Positions 53,556-62,703 are shown, counted from the first letter of the stretch. The stretch is 64,000 bases of DNA from an uncultured Planctomycetales bacterium (GCA_964450385.1 CAYVEC010000002.1:1262-65261), one strand, 5' to 3'. The notes: a model not told the origin generated them from the sequence alone. Program-made: numbers and translations.

Positions 53556-56009
53556 TTATTGACGGATGAACATCTCAATATTTAAACGCCCGCCGAGCTC
53601 ATCAAAAAATTCGACCCATTTCGCCGCCTGCGCCTGGCCCGTCGCGGCCTGACGGCGCATGTCATCATAATACTTTTTCCCGATCGAAAAATAAATATTC
53701 TGCGCCTTTCCCAGATCGAGATGCAATTTCAATGGATCAAAGATCCTGACCAGCATCGCGGCATCCCTGAGCGTGCGGACCTGTTGAGGCCGTCGCAGCA
53801 GGGCATCCATCATATCACGAAGCCTGCGGCTGACAAAAAATGAAATCGTCACGCGGTCAATGTCAAGCGACCACTCAATGGCCTCGGCGACAAGCTGCTC
53901 GAGATGTTTAAAATCAAGACGGGTCGCGCCCAAGGCCCGCATAAGGTCAGTATTTAGCATAACGAGGATCGTGTTCGAAAGAACCTTCGGCAGGGGGACC
54001 CTGAGCTCACGGACCACATCAATGATTGAATGATAATGCTCATTGATCTGTCTGAGGGACGATTCGACCTCATGGAGCGAGGCGTCGAGGATCTGGTACA
54101 GAATCCGGCTCTGCTCGTCCTTAAATAAATGCCGTAATGAATACGGACCGTTCTCAAAGAACTTTTTCATGATCCGCACGACCTGATGGCTCCGATTCGC
54201 CTTAAAGGCGGCCACGATTTTGTCCCGGACGCCGACAAACGACCGCTCGGTATTCTTCATGCTGATCGCCGCAAAGAGGTCATGCCCACCCAGATGAAGG
54301 ACGATGAAGAACAGCTCCCGTTCCTCGCTGGTGATCTTCGAGTGGACTACAATGTCACCAAGTGCGATCCGCGACTCGCGCTGCTGGATCTTTTCATAAG
54401 AACGGGCGCGCACCTGATAACAGTAGATGTCGATCACATCCGGATATTCCTCAAATAACGACATCATGGCATAATGGGCCCCCACCCGTTCCATATTAAG
54501 AACAAACGGCTGGACACATTCCTTAAACACCCCGGTCCCGTTCGCGTAGCGCGCCACATTGCTTTCTGCCGTTTGAAGCACGCGAAGGAACCCCTCGCTC
54601 AGGTCCTCTCCGGTGACCTCGCGCGCAAGCTGGATCGCCTTGGCCGCGTACTGAAGAATCTGAACCGTCTCGATCCCCGAGATCTCATCAAAAAACCAGC
54701 CGCAACTCGTGTACATAAGCATCGCGTGCCGCTCCATCTCAAGAAGATGCAGGGCCCTCATCCGGTCAGCCCGCTGGAACGATGCCTTTCCTTGGTCATT
54801 AAAAAAACGATTGATGACCGCGTCTTCACGTTTGAGGATCACATCAATATACCGATCCCGGGCCTCCCAAGGGTCGGTGAATAACTTCCCCGCCTCCGCC
54901 TCAAAGATCCGGTCAATGCGTTCCCGAAGGCCGTCAAGGGCGGCACGTAACGGCGCCCGCCAGCGCTGATGCCAGCCCGGATTGCCCCCGGAACAACATC
55001 CGCAGTCAGCCCGCCAGCGCTCAACCCCGTGAACACAGCTCCACGATGAGCGTTCAAAGATCTCGACCTCATACGCCGGCGGGACCCGCTCGAGATATTC
55101 AGCGTAGATCGTGACCCGGGCCATCTTCTTGCGGTCGATCTCCCGAAGACAAAAGGCCAGGGCCATATCACCAAAACGGTGATGATGCCCGTAGGACTCG
55201 CCATCGGTCGCGATGCTCGTGAGTTCATCGGAATCACCCTGACTGAAGGCCGAAACGATCCTCTGGGCAAAACGCTGCCCGCTGTAAAGAAGATCCCCGA
55301 ACGCGACGTCCTTCGCCATCGGGCCATCATAAAAAAACACCCCGATCGTTCGACCTGACGGTAACGCCACGCGATACGGCCGCCGAGGATCAACCCGCTC
55401 GCCAGCCACATCCTGCCACTCTCCCCCTCCGAGCGGACGGATCCGCCGGGCCTGACGCGGAGAGAGAATCGTGAACCGGATCCCCCGTTCCGCCAGGACC
55501 TCGAGCGTTTCAAGGTCAACCGCGGTCTCAGGCAGCCACATCCCTTCAGGCAGACGGCCAAACCGGAATTCAAAGTCCCTAATCCCCCAAGCGACCTGAG
55601 TCCGCTTATCCCGGCTACTCGCCAACGGCATGATCATATGGTTATAACACTGGGCGATCGCCGACCCATGACCTGAAAAAAGCTTCTGGCTTTCCTTGTC
55701 CGACTCAATGATGTGCCGATAAACCTCGGGTTTCCGGCGTTCCAGCCAACTGAGCAAGGTCGGACCAAAGTTAAAACTGATTCGGCTGTAATTATTAACG
55801 ATCTCCTCAATCTTCCCCTGCTCATTCAGGATCCGGGCAGCGGTATTAGGGGCGTAACATTCTTCGGTAATACGCTGATTCCAATCGTGAAAGGGCGCAG
55901 CAGAATCCTGACGCTCCACCTCTTCGAGCCAAGGATTTTCCCGGGGGGGCTGATAAAAATGACCATGCAGACAAATATACCGACTCAGCAGGCACCTCGC
56001 AGGTAGCAT
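53556..56009 (-). CDS. glycoside hydrolase family 57 protein with DUF3536-type C-terminal extension
   Basis: The N-terminal 'ICLHGHFYQPPRENPW' is a GH57 signature. The product is 817 aa. Confidence 0.72.
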   Translation of the reverse strand: MLPARCLLSRYICLHGHFYQPPRENPWLEEVERQDSAAPFHDWNQRITEECYAPNTAARILNEQGKIEEIVNNYSRISFNFGPTLLSWLERRKPEVYRHIIESDKESQKLFSGHGSAIAQCYNHMIMPLASSRDKRTQVAWGIRDFEFRFGRLPEGMWLPETAVDLETLEVLAERGIRFTILSPRQARRIRPLGGGEWQDVAGERVDPRRPYRVALPSGRTIGVFFYDGPMAKDVAFGDLLYSGQRFAQRIVSAFSQGDSDELTSIATDGESYGHHHRFGDMALAFCLREIDRKKMARVTIYAEYLERVPPAYEVEIFERSSWSCVHGVERWRADCGCCSGGNPGWHQRWRAPLRAALDGLRERIDRIFEAEAGKLFTDPWEARDRYIDVILKREDAVINRFFNDQGKASFQRADRMRALHLLEMERHAMLMYTSCGWFFDEISGIETVQILQYAAKAIQLAREVTGEDLSEGFLRVLQTAESNVARYANGTGVFKECVQPFVLNMERVGAHYAMMSLFEEYPDVIDIYCYQVRARSYEKIQQRESRIALGDIVVHSKITSEERELFFIVLHLGGHDLFAAISMKNTERSFVGVRDKIVAAFKANRSHQVVRIMKKFFENGPYSLRHLFKDEQSRILYQILDASLHEVESSLRQINEHYHSIIDVVRELRVPLPKVLSNTILVMLNTDLMRALGATRLDFKHLEQLVAEAIEWSLDIDRVTISFFVSRRLRDMMDALLRRPQQVRTLRDAAMLVRIFDPLKLHLDLGKAQNIYFSIGKKYYDDMRRQAATGQAQAAKWVEFFDELGGRLNIEMFIRQ

Positions 56010-56023
56010 TCAATCTGTAATGT

Positions 56024-56048
56024 GTTTATTGTACTAATATTAATAAAC
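56024..56048. promoter_or_regulatory. palindromic candidate operator in the divergent GH57 / secreted-protein intergenic region
   Basis: GTTTATT-N11-AATAAAC is a perfect 7-bp inverted repeat. The internal TAATATTA is also a palindrome. Confidence 0.3.
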
Positions 56049-56149
56049 GCATGCAATCATATAATCGACGCTCTCTTCGAACCAGCCCTTCCCTTAAGAG
56101 GCTCTGTGGAACAACGAAAAAAACGTCCTCCTGATCCCAATTTCTAGAG

Positions 56150-56178
56150 TTGCCCCCAGGGTAACGATACGGTATACT
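56150..56178 (+). promoter_or_regulatory. candidate sigma70-type promoter for the plus-strand secreted protein
   Basis: The -35 is TTGCCC at 56150-56155. A 17-nt spacer follows. The -10 is TATACT at 56173-56178, about 25 nt upstream of the ATG at 56203. Confidence 0.3.
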
Positions 56179-56202
56179 TATACGGAATTGACAAGGCCAC
56201 TT

Positions 56203-57495
56203 ATGCAACGATACCACCTGTTTTCATGCCTGGTTTGGGCAGCTGTCATGATGATCGCACCCGCCCCGAGTCATGCCGATCCTCAGAGCACCATCAAAAA
56301 GATGGAGCAGTGGCTCGTCAATACCCGGGACCATCGCACCGGCATCCCTGTGAGCCACATCGGTGACCCGGCTCTCGCCAATTGGACGTTCACCTATGAC
56401 GCGGCCGTTACGGCCCTGGCCTATCTCGCGCTTGACCGGGTCGCGGATGCGAAAAAGATCATTGATTTTTACATGGCGACACGGGAGGCATGGCGGTTAA
56501 AGGGGATCATGTCCGCGATCAACCCGACCAAGCCTGAATTGGGCGCAGAATGGTCTGTTGTCGCTGGACCAAACATCTGGATGGGGGTGGCTGCCTTCCA
56601 CGTATATAAAACCACCTATGATACGCGCTACCTTGCCTTCGCCAAGAAACTCGCTGATTTCATCATCTATCTCCAGAACACGACGCCCGGCGACCACAAC
56701 TTCGGAGGCATCAGGATGGGGCCTCTCGGCGATCCAAACGTCAGAGGCGACCAGCACCTCCACAATAAAGACTATAATCCCCTGCTCTACGACACCTATG
56801 CCACTGAACATGCGATCGATGCCTATGTTCTCTTCAATTTTTTAGAGCAGGAGACCGGGCTCCTTGAATACGCGACCGGCCGTGCCCAGGTCACCGAATG
56901 GCTTCGGACCGTGGCCTTTGATCCCGCCGACAAAACCCTGGCCCGAGGCTGCCGTGAGCAAATCGACCCGGCCTTCGCAACCGATGTCTATTCGTGGGCC
57001 ATATCGGCCCTCGGACCCCAGCACCTCGACACCTGGGAACCAGACCTGGCCTTTGATTTTATTCGCCACATCGAGGAACAAGCATTGATTACGGTCGAAT
57101 ATACAAAACCGACCCAGGAGACGGTTGCCCTTAAAGGCGTTGATTTCACCGATCAGAGCACCGTGGCCGCGCTCGGACGCCTGCCGATGGTTTCACCGGA
57201 ATGGACCTTTCAGCTCATCAATGCCTACCGCCGGATCGAAAACGTGCTCCGCGCGAAACAGGATGTCGCGGCCGCTGAGATCTATGCGACAAAACGAACC
57301 AGGCTCCTCAATAATATCCTCGCCCTCGGGACCGAGACCCCGCAAGGCCTGGCCTTCCCGTACGCCACCGAGGGATCCGCTCCGGTCGGCCATGGATTCA
57401 ACACCCCTCGGCCGGGGAGCTTTAGCACCATCGCCGTGGCCTACGGGATCCTGGCACTTAAGGGCCACGACCCCCTCGAGCCCGTGAGAGAATAA
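56203..57495 (+). CDS. secreted protein of unknown function, possibly an alpha/alpha-toroid glycosidase-like fold
   Basis: The signal peptide reads 'MQRYHLFSCLVWAAVMMIAPAPSHA'. The sequence is rich in aromatic residues. It pairs divergently with the GH57 gene. The ORF track starts at a TTG at 56188. Confidence 0.4.
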   Translation: MQRYHLFSCLVWAAVMMIAPAPSHADPQSTIKKMEQWLVNTRDHRTGIPVSHIGDPALANWTFTYDAAVTALAYLALDRVADAKKIIDFYMATREAWRLKGIMSAINPTKPELGAEWSVVAGPNIWMGVAAFHVYKTTYDTRYLAFAKKLADFIIYLQNTTPGDHNFGGIRMGPLGDPNVRGDQHLHNKDYNPLLYDTYATEHAIDAYVLFNFLEQETGLLEYATGRAQVTEWLRTVAFDPADKTLARGCREQIDPAFATDVYSWAISALGPQHLDTWEPDLAFDFIRHIEEQALITVEYTKPTQETVALKGVDFTDQSTVAALGRLPMVSPEWTFQLINAYRRIENVLRAKQDVAAAEIYATKRTRLLNNILALGTETPQGLAFPYATEGSAPVGHGFNTPRPGSFSTIAVAYGILALKGHDPLEPVRE

Positions 57496-57609
57496 CCCGT
57501 CCCCCACCGACCCAAACGACAGACAGAGGGCGCGCGTTTAAACGATCTTTAAAAGACACTCCGATTCCGCATCATCAAAGGACGAACAACCGGCAGGGAC
57601 ACGAGGCCG

Positions 57610-58179
57610 TTAGACCTTAAAATAATTCACCACCTCATAGAGGTCTTTCAGCATGTGATGAAGTTTATCACGGTCGTCTTCAGATAGGACAAGCCCTTTT
57701 TCATCTAAAAAATTACTCAGCGACCGGCACTGGCTCCCGAGTTCGATATGCTTCTCCCGAAGAACTTCCGTAGTCTCACCCAGGGCCCGGGCCAAGGGCT
57801 TGAGCTGATCCGTATTACGGATCGAAAATGTGCGGGTGAGATCGCCCTGACGGACGAGGTCCAGCTCCTTTTGAATCCGAAAGACAGGGCCCGCGATCTT
57901 GTGCGACGACATCAGGGACAGGAACGCCACGATCACCGACGAAAATACCGCCACGATGCCGAGCGTCACGACAACTCCGGGTAGGATGAAATCCGCAGTG
58001 GGCTTGACAATGACCTTGGTGTTCTCGATCGCCACGGTCGTTGACTGATTGAAAAAATAAAAGATCCCGCACGCGACGAGGATCGAGGAAACGATTACAA
58101 TCGCGCAAAACTTGAGGATAAACCGCAGCTGAAAGGCCGGGTCGATCACATACTGACGCCGCTGAGATACATGTTCCAT
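57610..58179 (-). CDS. two-TM membrane protein with HAMP domain
   Basis: It has two TM helices. A HAMP-like segment 'KIAGPVFRIQKELDLVRQGDLTRTF' follows. It has no output domain. Confidence 0.5.
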   Translation of the reverse strand: MEHVSQRRQYVIDPAFQLRFILKFCAIVIVSSILVACGIFYFFNQSTTVAIENTKVIVKPTADFILPGVVVTLGIVAVFSSVIVAFLSLMSSHKIAGPVFRIQKELDLVRQGDLTRTFSIRNTDQLKPLARALGETTEVLREKHIELGSQCRSLSNFLDEKGLVLSEDDRDKLHHMLKDLYEVVNYFKV

Positions 58180-58188
58180 ACCTGCCTC

Positions 58189-58734
58189 CTATGGCCCGAT
58201 CCCGAGGGCCGACGTATTAACCTTTATTTCATTCTTTGCCCGAAGCTCCCGAATCCACGAGGAGACCCCGGTATTCTGTTTTATCTTTAACAACATCCAA
58301 TGAAGCTCCTCACGACAGCGTTCCAGGTCCCTCCCCTTAAATTCCTGCCGATGGGCTTCAAAATATTCCCGAACCTGTTCGTCGGTCACACGGGCCGCCA
58401 TCGCAAACTCGCTGGTCTTGCGCGTGATCATTTCTTTGAGAAGGGTCTGTTCCCACAACCCCTGAATCTCCCGAAGCGTCTCCGGCCTCCGGTCAAGACC
58501 AATGCGTTCCGCCTCTTTCAAGATGAGCCGGGTATTAATATAGCTTTCCAAAAAGACGGCCCGGCCGGCATCGCCCATCGAGGCGTAGCCTGACTGCTGA
58601 AACGCCGTCTCGAATTCCTCAACCGAGACAGGAACCTCCCCGATATAAAGGGCCGCCTTTGGGGCCGGCCGGCATCCGCAGAGGAGAAGACTCCCCACTA
58701 TCAGCCATAATCCATACCTGTGCCGCATGATCAT
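58189..58734 (-). CDS. lipoprotein with SurA-N-like chaperone domain
   Basis: It has a lipobox 'LLCGC'. The helical domain resembles the SurA N-terminal or PpiD-N fold. Confidence 0.4.
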   Translation of the reverse strand: MIMRHRYGLWLIVGSLLLCGCRPAPKAALYIGEVPVSVEEFETAFQQSGYASMGDAGRAVFLESYINTRLILKEAERIGLDRRPETLREIQGLWEQTLLKEMITRKTSEFAMAARVTDEQVREYFEAHRQEFKGRDLERCREELHWMLLKIKQNTGVSSWIRELRAKNEIKVNTSALGIGP

Positions 58735-58777
58735 TCTCCCCGTCACGAAAGCGCCCTCCCACCGAACCGGATTTCCA

Positions 58778-60052
58778 CTAAAGACTCTGGATCGCAAGGA
58801 GCAACTCCTGGGCGAGGCCTTCGTCCATCGACCCCAACATCTTCTGAACGCGCTCAGCCGAATGCCGGTCCCCCAATTTTAAATAGGCCATTCCCAACAG
58901 ATAGACGACTTTCGCGTCATCACCTTTTAACACGGCCACTGTCTTAAACGCCCTCACCGCGTCCTTAAACCGTCCGAGGGCCATTGCCGTTTCGCCAAGA
59001 ATGATCTGGGCCTCGATCTGCTGAGGGTCCAGCCGTACCGCAGTCCTCAATTTCTCGAGCGCACCCTCAGGGTCATCGAGATGCCGCGCAAGGATGCTCC
59101 CCCAACGAAAATACGAATAACTGTCCATCCATGAATTCTTGATCGCCCACTGGTAGGCCTCGCAGGCCGCGCGGTACTCACCAAAGGCCGCGTAGGCGTC
59201 ACCGAGATCCCGATAGGTCTGACTGTGGCTCGGCTGAATATGCGTGGCCTTCAAAAAATATTCCGCGGCCTCGCGCGCCGACCCCTCGGCCATGCATAAG
59301 GCGCCAAGATTATAGTTCGCCTCATAATGAATCGGATCTAGGGCCACGGTCTTCTGAAACGAGCCGCGGGCCGCCTGCCGGTCTTTGAGACGGAGATAGA
59401 TCAATCCCTGACGAAAATACAGGTCCGGGTTGTTCGGATCAACCGAAAGGGCCTTGCTTAAGGCGTCGAGCGCGTCGGAGAACCGCTCAAGCCTCATGTA
59501 CGCGACGCTCAGATCTCGGTAACGTTTGCCGTCAGCGATCGTGAGCTTCTTCTGAAGCGGCCTGGTCAAAAAGATCTGGAGCCTCAAACCCTCAAGGTCG
59601 ACCTTAAACTGCTTCCGGACCTCATAGAGGGTTAGGAACCCAATATATGTCACCGCGACGACAAAATGAAAATAGCGTTTAAAAAAATAATCGAGAAAGA
59701 GCGGATGGTTCACCTTGTCAACGACAAGATAGCCGAGCACCACGTTGTGGCAGATGATCAGGATAATGAACGCCGCCCGGGCGAACTTGTTCAGAAATAA
59801 TATCCCGAACCCGCAGAGCACCATCACCATCATCCACGAGACCGGGACAATCCAAAAACCGGAAAAATAGGTGTCAAACAGCTCTGCCGGGAACACCGCG
59901 GCCAACGAGAGCGCGTATCGGATCCCCTCGATGGTCCTCACCCAGCCGAACCGCGGCGAAAAGAACGGAGCGAAGAGGAGGATATTCGACACGACAACCG
60001 ACCATGCCAACCAGCAAATCCCTGGAGATCTTGTCTGAGGTTTATCGTTCAT
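58778..60052 (-). CDS. polytopic membrane protein with C-terminal TPR repeats
   Basis: It has about six TM segments. At least six TPR units follow, including 'AEYFLKATHIQPSHSQTYRDLGDAYAAFGEY...'. Confidence 0.5.
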   Translation of the reverse strand: MNDKPQTRSPGICWLAWSVVVSNILLFAPFFSPRFGWVRTIEGIRYALSLAAVFPAELFDTYFSGFWIVPVSWMMVMVLCGFGILFLNKFARAAFIILIICHNVVLGYLVVDKVNHPLFLDYFFKRYFHFVVAVTYIGFLTLYEVRKQFKVDLEGLRLQIFLTRPLQKKLTIADGKRYRDLSVAYMRLERFSDALDALSKALSVDPNNPDLYFRQGLIYLRLKDRQAARGSFQKTVALDPIHYEANYNLGALCMAEGSAREAAEYFLKATHIQPSHSQTYRDLGDAYAAFGEYRAACEAYQWAIKNSWMDSYSYFRWGSILARHLDDPEGALEKLRTAVRLDPQQIEAQIILGETAMALGRFKDAVRAFKTVAVLKGDDAKVVYLLGMAYLKLGDRHSAERVQKMLGSMDEGLAQELLLAIQSL

Positions 60053-60920
60053 GGTCTGCCTGCGATACTGGATGAATGATCTTATAAATCGCTGAATAAT
60101 CCTCTCCCTGCCACCCCTGCTCGGCTGCCGCTCTGAGCTGCCCGGCGATGGCCTCGACCATATCAACGGCCAGACCGCGCTCGCGCGCCTCGGTCACCAC
60201 AAGGCGGACATCTTTCATCATATGCTGAACAGGAAAATTCGGATCTGTAAAGTCCCGGCTAAGCATCCGCGGCAACTTCTTGTCAAAGGTCTCGGCATAA
60301 AGAACACTCGCCCTCAGGATCTCCATAAATCGATCCACATCGATGCCGTTCTCACGGACCATGCCGAGGCTCAACGAGAACGCCGCCGACAACGAAACAA
60401 TGAGCTGATTAAGCGCGAGCTTCACGGCCGCGGCAGATCCCACCGGACCGACATGAAAAAAATCTTTCCCGAACGCGGTCAGGACCGGCCGAAACCTCTC
60501 TGCCTGGGCCGCCGTCCCTCCAAACATGAGGATCAACCGGCCCGCGGCGACCTCGCCCCGGCTCCCGAGAACCGGGCACTCGCAATACGCGCCCCCGGCC
60601 TGCTCGATCCGACCCCCGAGCTCCCGACTCTCGCGCGGCAGGATCGTTCCCATCTGAATGACCGAGCGTCCAGACCATGCCTCATCGGTCAATGAGGACA
60701 AGGTCTGATTGATCGCCCCAAAATCCGTGAGCATGATCAAAATACATTCCCCATAGCCTACGGCTTCGTGAAGGGATCCGATGACACGGGCACCGGCCGA
60801 CCGCAACGACTCGGCCTTTGAGATATCCCGGTTATAGGCCGTGACTTCATGGCCGGCCTCGAGCAACCGCTCTGCCATGGGGAAACCCATCCGTCCTGTG
60901 CCCACCACCGTTATCCTCAT
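60042..60920 (-). CDS. NAD(P)-dependent 3-hydroxyisobutyrate dehydrogenase-family oxidoreductase
   Basis: It has the Rossmann motif 'ITVVGTGRMGFPMAERL'. A 6PGDH-type C-terminal domain follows. Confidence 0.75.
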   Translation of the reverse strand: MRITVVGTGRMGFPMAERLLEAGHEVTAYNRDISKAESLRSAGARVIGSLHEAVGYGECILIMLTDFGAINQTLSSLTDEAWSGRSVIQMGTILPRESRELGGRIEQAGGAYCECPVLGSRGEVAAGRLILMFGGTAAQAERFRPVLTAFGKDFFHVGPVGSAAAVKLALNQLIVSLSAAFSLSLGMVRENGIDVDRFMEILRASVLYAETFDKKLPRMLSRDFTDPNFPVQHMMKDVRLVVTEARERGLAVDMVEAIAGQLRAAAEQGWQGEDYSAIYKIIHPVSQADHER

Positions 60921-60978
60921 CTGCCGCCCCTATAATCCCGCGCCCTCTCCCTGCCCCTAGGATCTTAAAAAATAATGA

Positions 60979-61476
60979 TTACTCAACTGGGGCCGACGGA
61001 GCAGGGCCCTTTTGATTTTTTGAAACGACCTCCTTGATCACATCGATGAGGACATCCGTCGCCACAGGTTTCGAGACATATTCAACAACGCCGTAGACCG
61101 AGGCAAGGGCCTCAGGATTCTTGCTCTCAGGGATCTCCCCCCGGTTCTTCACAAGCGATGTATTCGGCAGCCATTTAAACGAATCTGCTTTTTTATTATA
61201 AACCATCTCTCCCCGGCCGCTCACCATGATCACCGGGATACGGCGCGTTTCCTCCATCGCTTTCAGGGCGCGGACGATGTCCGCCCCCTTGCGCTGCGGC
61301 ATCACATTATCCAATAAAATGACCTGCGGGCACTCCCTGCGGGCCAGATCCTCAGCCTCAAGAGGATTCGTCGTAAAGACGACCTCAAATCCTCCGGTGC
61401 TCTCGAGATTCTCTTTGAGAACCGTGCAAAAATCCGCCTCATCGTCCACCATCATAACCTTGATCAATCCATCCAT
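60979..61476 (-). CDS. single-domain response regulator (receiver only)
   Basis: It has the acidic pocket 'MMVDDE', the phospho-acceptor in 'ILLDNVMP' and 'SKP'. About 25 extra residues sit in the alpha4 region. Confidence 0.72.
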   Translation of the reverse strand: MDGLIKVMMVDDEADFCTVLKENLESTGGFEVVFTTNPLEAEDLARRECPQVILLDNVMPQRKGADIVRALKAMEETRRIPVIMVSGRGEMVYNKKADSFKWLPNTSLVKNRGEIPESKNPEALASVYGVVEYVSKPVATDVLIDVIKEVVSKNQKGPAPSAPVE

Positions 61477-61569
61477 AAACACCCCTCCCGTAAAATAATA
61501 GCCATGTGTATGATACATCGGTTTTAAAGATGTTACCAAAAAGAAAAACAGAAATTTTCCGCGCCGAGG

Positions 61570-62595
61570 CTAGGAAGCTCTCTGGTCGCGGAGACGGTTG
61601 CCGATATGGTAGGCCGCGATACCAAAGGCGACGGAGGCGTTCAGCGAATTTTTCATGCCGTGCATCTTGATATCGATCGCATAATCAGCAAGCGGGATCA
61701 GCTCCTCGGAGATCCCCTCGACTTCATTCCCGACGACAAGGCAGACCGGTCCATGCGGCTCGTATTCATGATAATCCCGGCTTTGATCTGTTTGTTCCAA
61801 AAGGACGATCTGATAGCCTTCAGACTTAAGACGCGCGACGGTCGCGACCACATCTTTATCATACGCCCAGGGAACGGTCTGCTCCGCGCCAAGAGCCGTT
61901 TTATGGATCTCTGACTGGGGAGGAAATCCGGTGATCCCGCAGAGCCACACCTGAGCGAGCCCCGCACCGTCCGCCGTCCGAAAGACCGAACCGACATTGT
62001 GAAGGCTTCGAATATTATCCAGGACCACAACAAACGGCAGCCGCGGATGCTGATGCCGCGCCTGACGGGCCACGATCTCCTCGTGGGAAAGTTTCCGACG
62101 CGGCTTGCGACTTAATTTCTTAAAATGGAGTTTCGGCCAATGCTCTTCCGCCAGAATATAGCCGACACAGTTCGGGGACCCGCAGCGGCAGGGGTGGTCT
62201 TCATGGTTCTCGAAATCATAACCGTAGTTATAGGTGAGCTCTGTTCCCTTTTGAATATCCTTGAGCGCCACGATCCAGATGTGCCCCCGAACCAATTCGG
62301 CCTCACAGTTCGGAAGGCAGGCGTGATTGATGAAACGCGCCGTGTTATACGGGACATTGCCATCGAGATCATAACGTGCGTTCAAGGTAAAGATATAGAC
62401 CGCGCCCTTCGTCTTATCGTGACGATGCTGATGCAGCGGGATCTCGGCCCGGCGTTCTGATTCGGCCTTTGTGATCTTCTCGCCCACATACTCGATGACG
62501 CGCGTTCCCGCCGGAATATCCCGGCGCGCGACGACCCCGCGGCCATGGATCGGGGAATTCACAACCTTGATATACGGACTCCGTGTCGCCTGCAC
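61570..62595 (-). CDS. SET-domain protein methyltransferase fused to a SpoU/TrmH-type (SPOUT) RNA 2'-O-methyltransferase
   Basis: SET motifs are 'GRGVVARRDIPAGTRVIEYVGE', 'RFINHACLPNCEA' and 'ELTYNYGYDF'. The post-SET motif is 'CRCGSPNCVGY'. SPOUT motifs are 'NVGSVFRTADGAGL', 'LVVGNEVEGIS' and 'MKNSLNASVAFGIAAY'. Confidence 0.7.
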   Translation of the reverse strand: MQATRSPYIKVVNSPIHGRGVVARRDIPAGTRVIEYVGEKITKAESERRAEIPLHQHRHDKTKGAVYIFTLNARYDLDGNVPYNTARFINHACLPNCEAELVRGHIWIVALKDIQKGTELTYNYGYDFENHEDHPCRCGSPNCVGYILAEEHWPKLHFKKLSRKPRRKLSHEEIVARQARHQHPRLPFVVVLDNIRSLHNVGSVFRTADGAGLAQVWLCGITGFPPQSEIHKTALGAEQTVPWAYDKDVVATVARLKSEGYQIVLLEQTDQSRDYHEYEPHGPVCLVVGNEVEGISEELIPLADYAIDIKMHGMKNSLNASVAFGIAAYHIGNRLRDQRAS

Positions 62596-62703
62596 CTCGC
62601 CCCCCTCTGTTGTTCAAATATTGGGATTATACCAGAAATCCGACTGGAAAAAAGATGTATCGTTGAGACCGCGCCGGGCCGTCCCCTGTGTTATAATAAC
62701 ACC

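Noticed and set aside
54839-55573. 244-aa minus-strand ORF in an alternative frame within the GH57 gene
   Set aside because: It is an out-of-frame overlap with a gene that has a clear family signature. The sequence is Arg/Ser/Gly-rich low complexity.
56188-56193. TTGACA hexamer immediately before the plus-strand secreted-protein gene
   Set aside because: It lies only 9 nt from the ATG, too close to be a -35 element. The ORF-track TTG start at 56188 is probably just an in-frame upstream codon. The ATG at 56203 gives a clean signal peptide.
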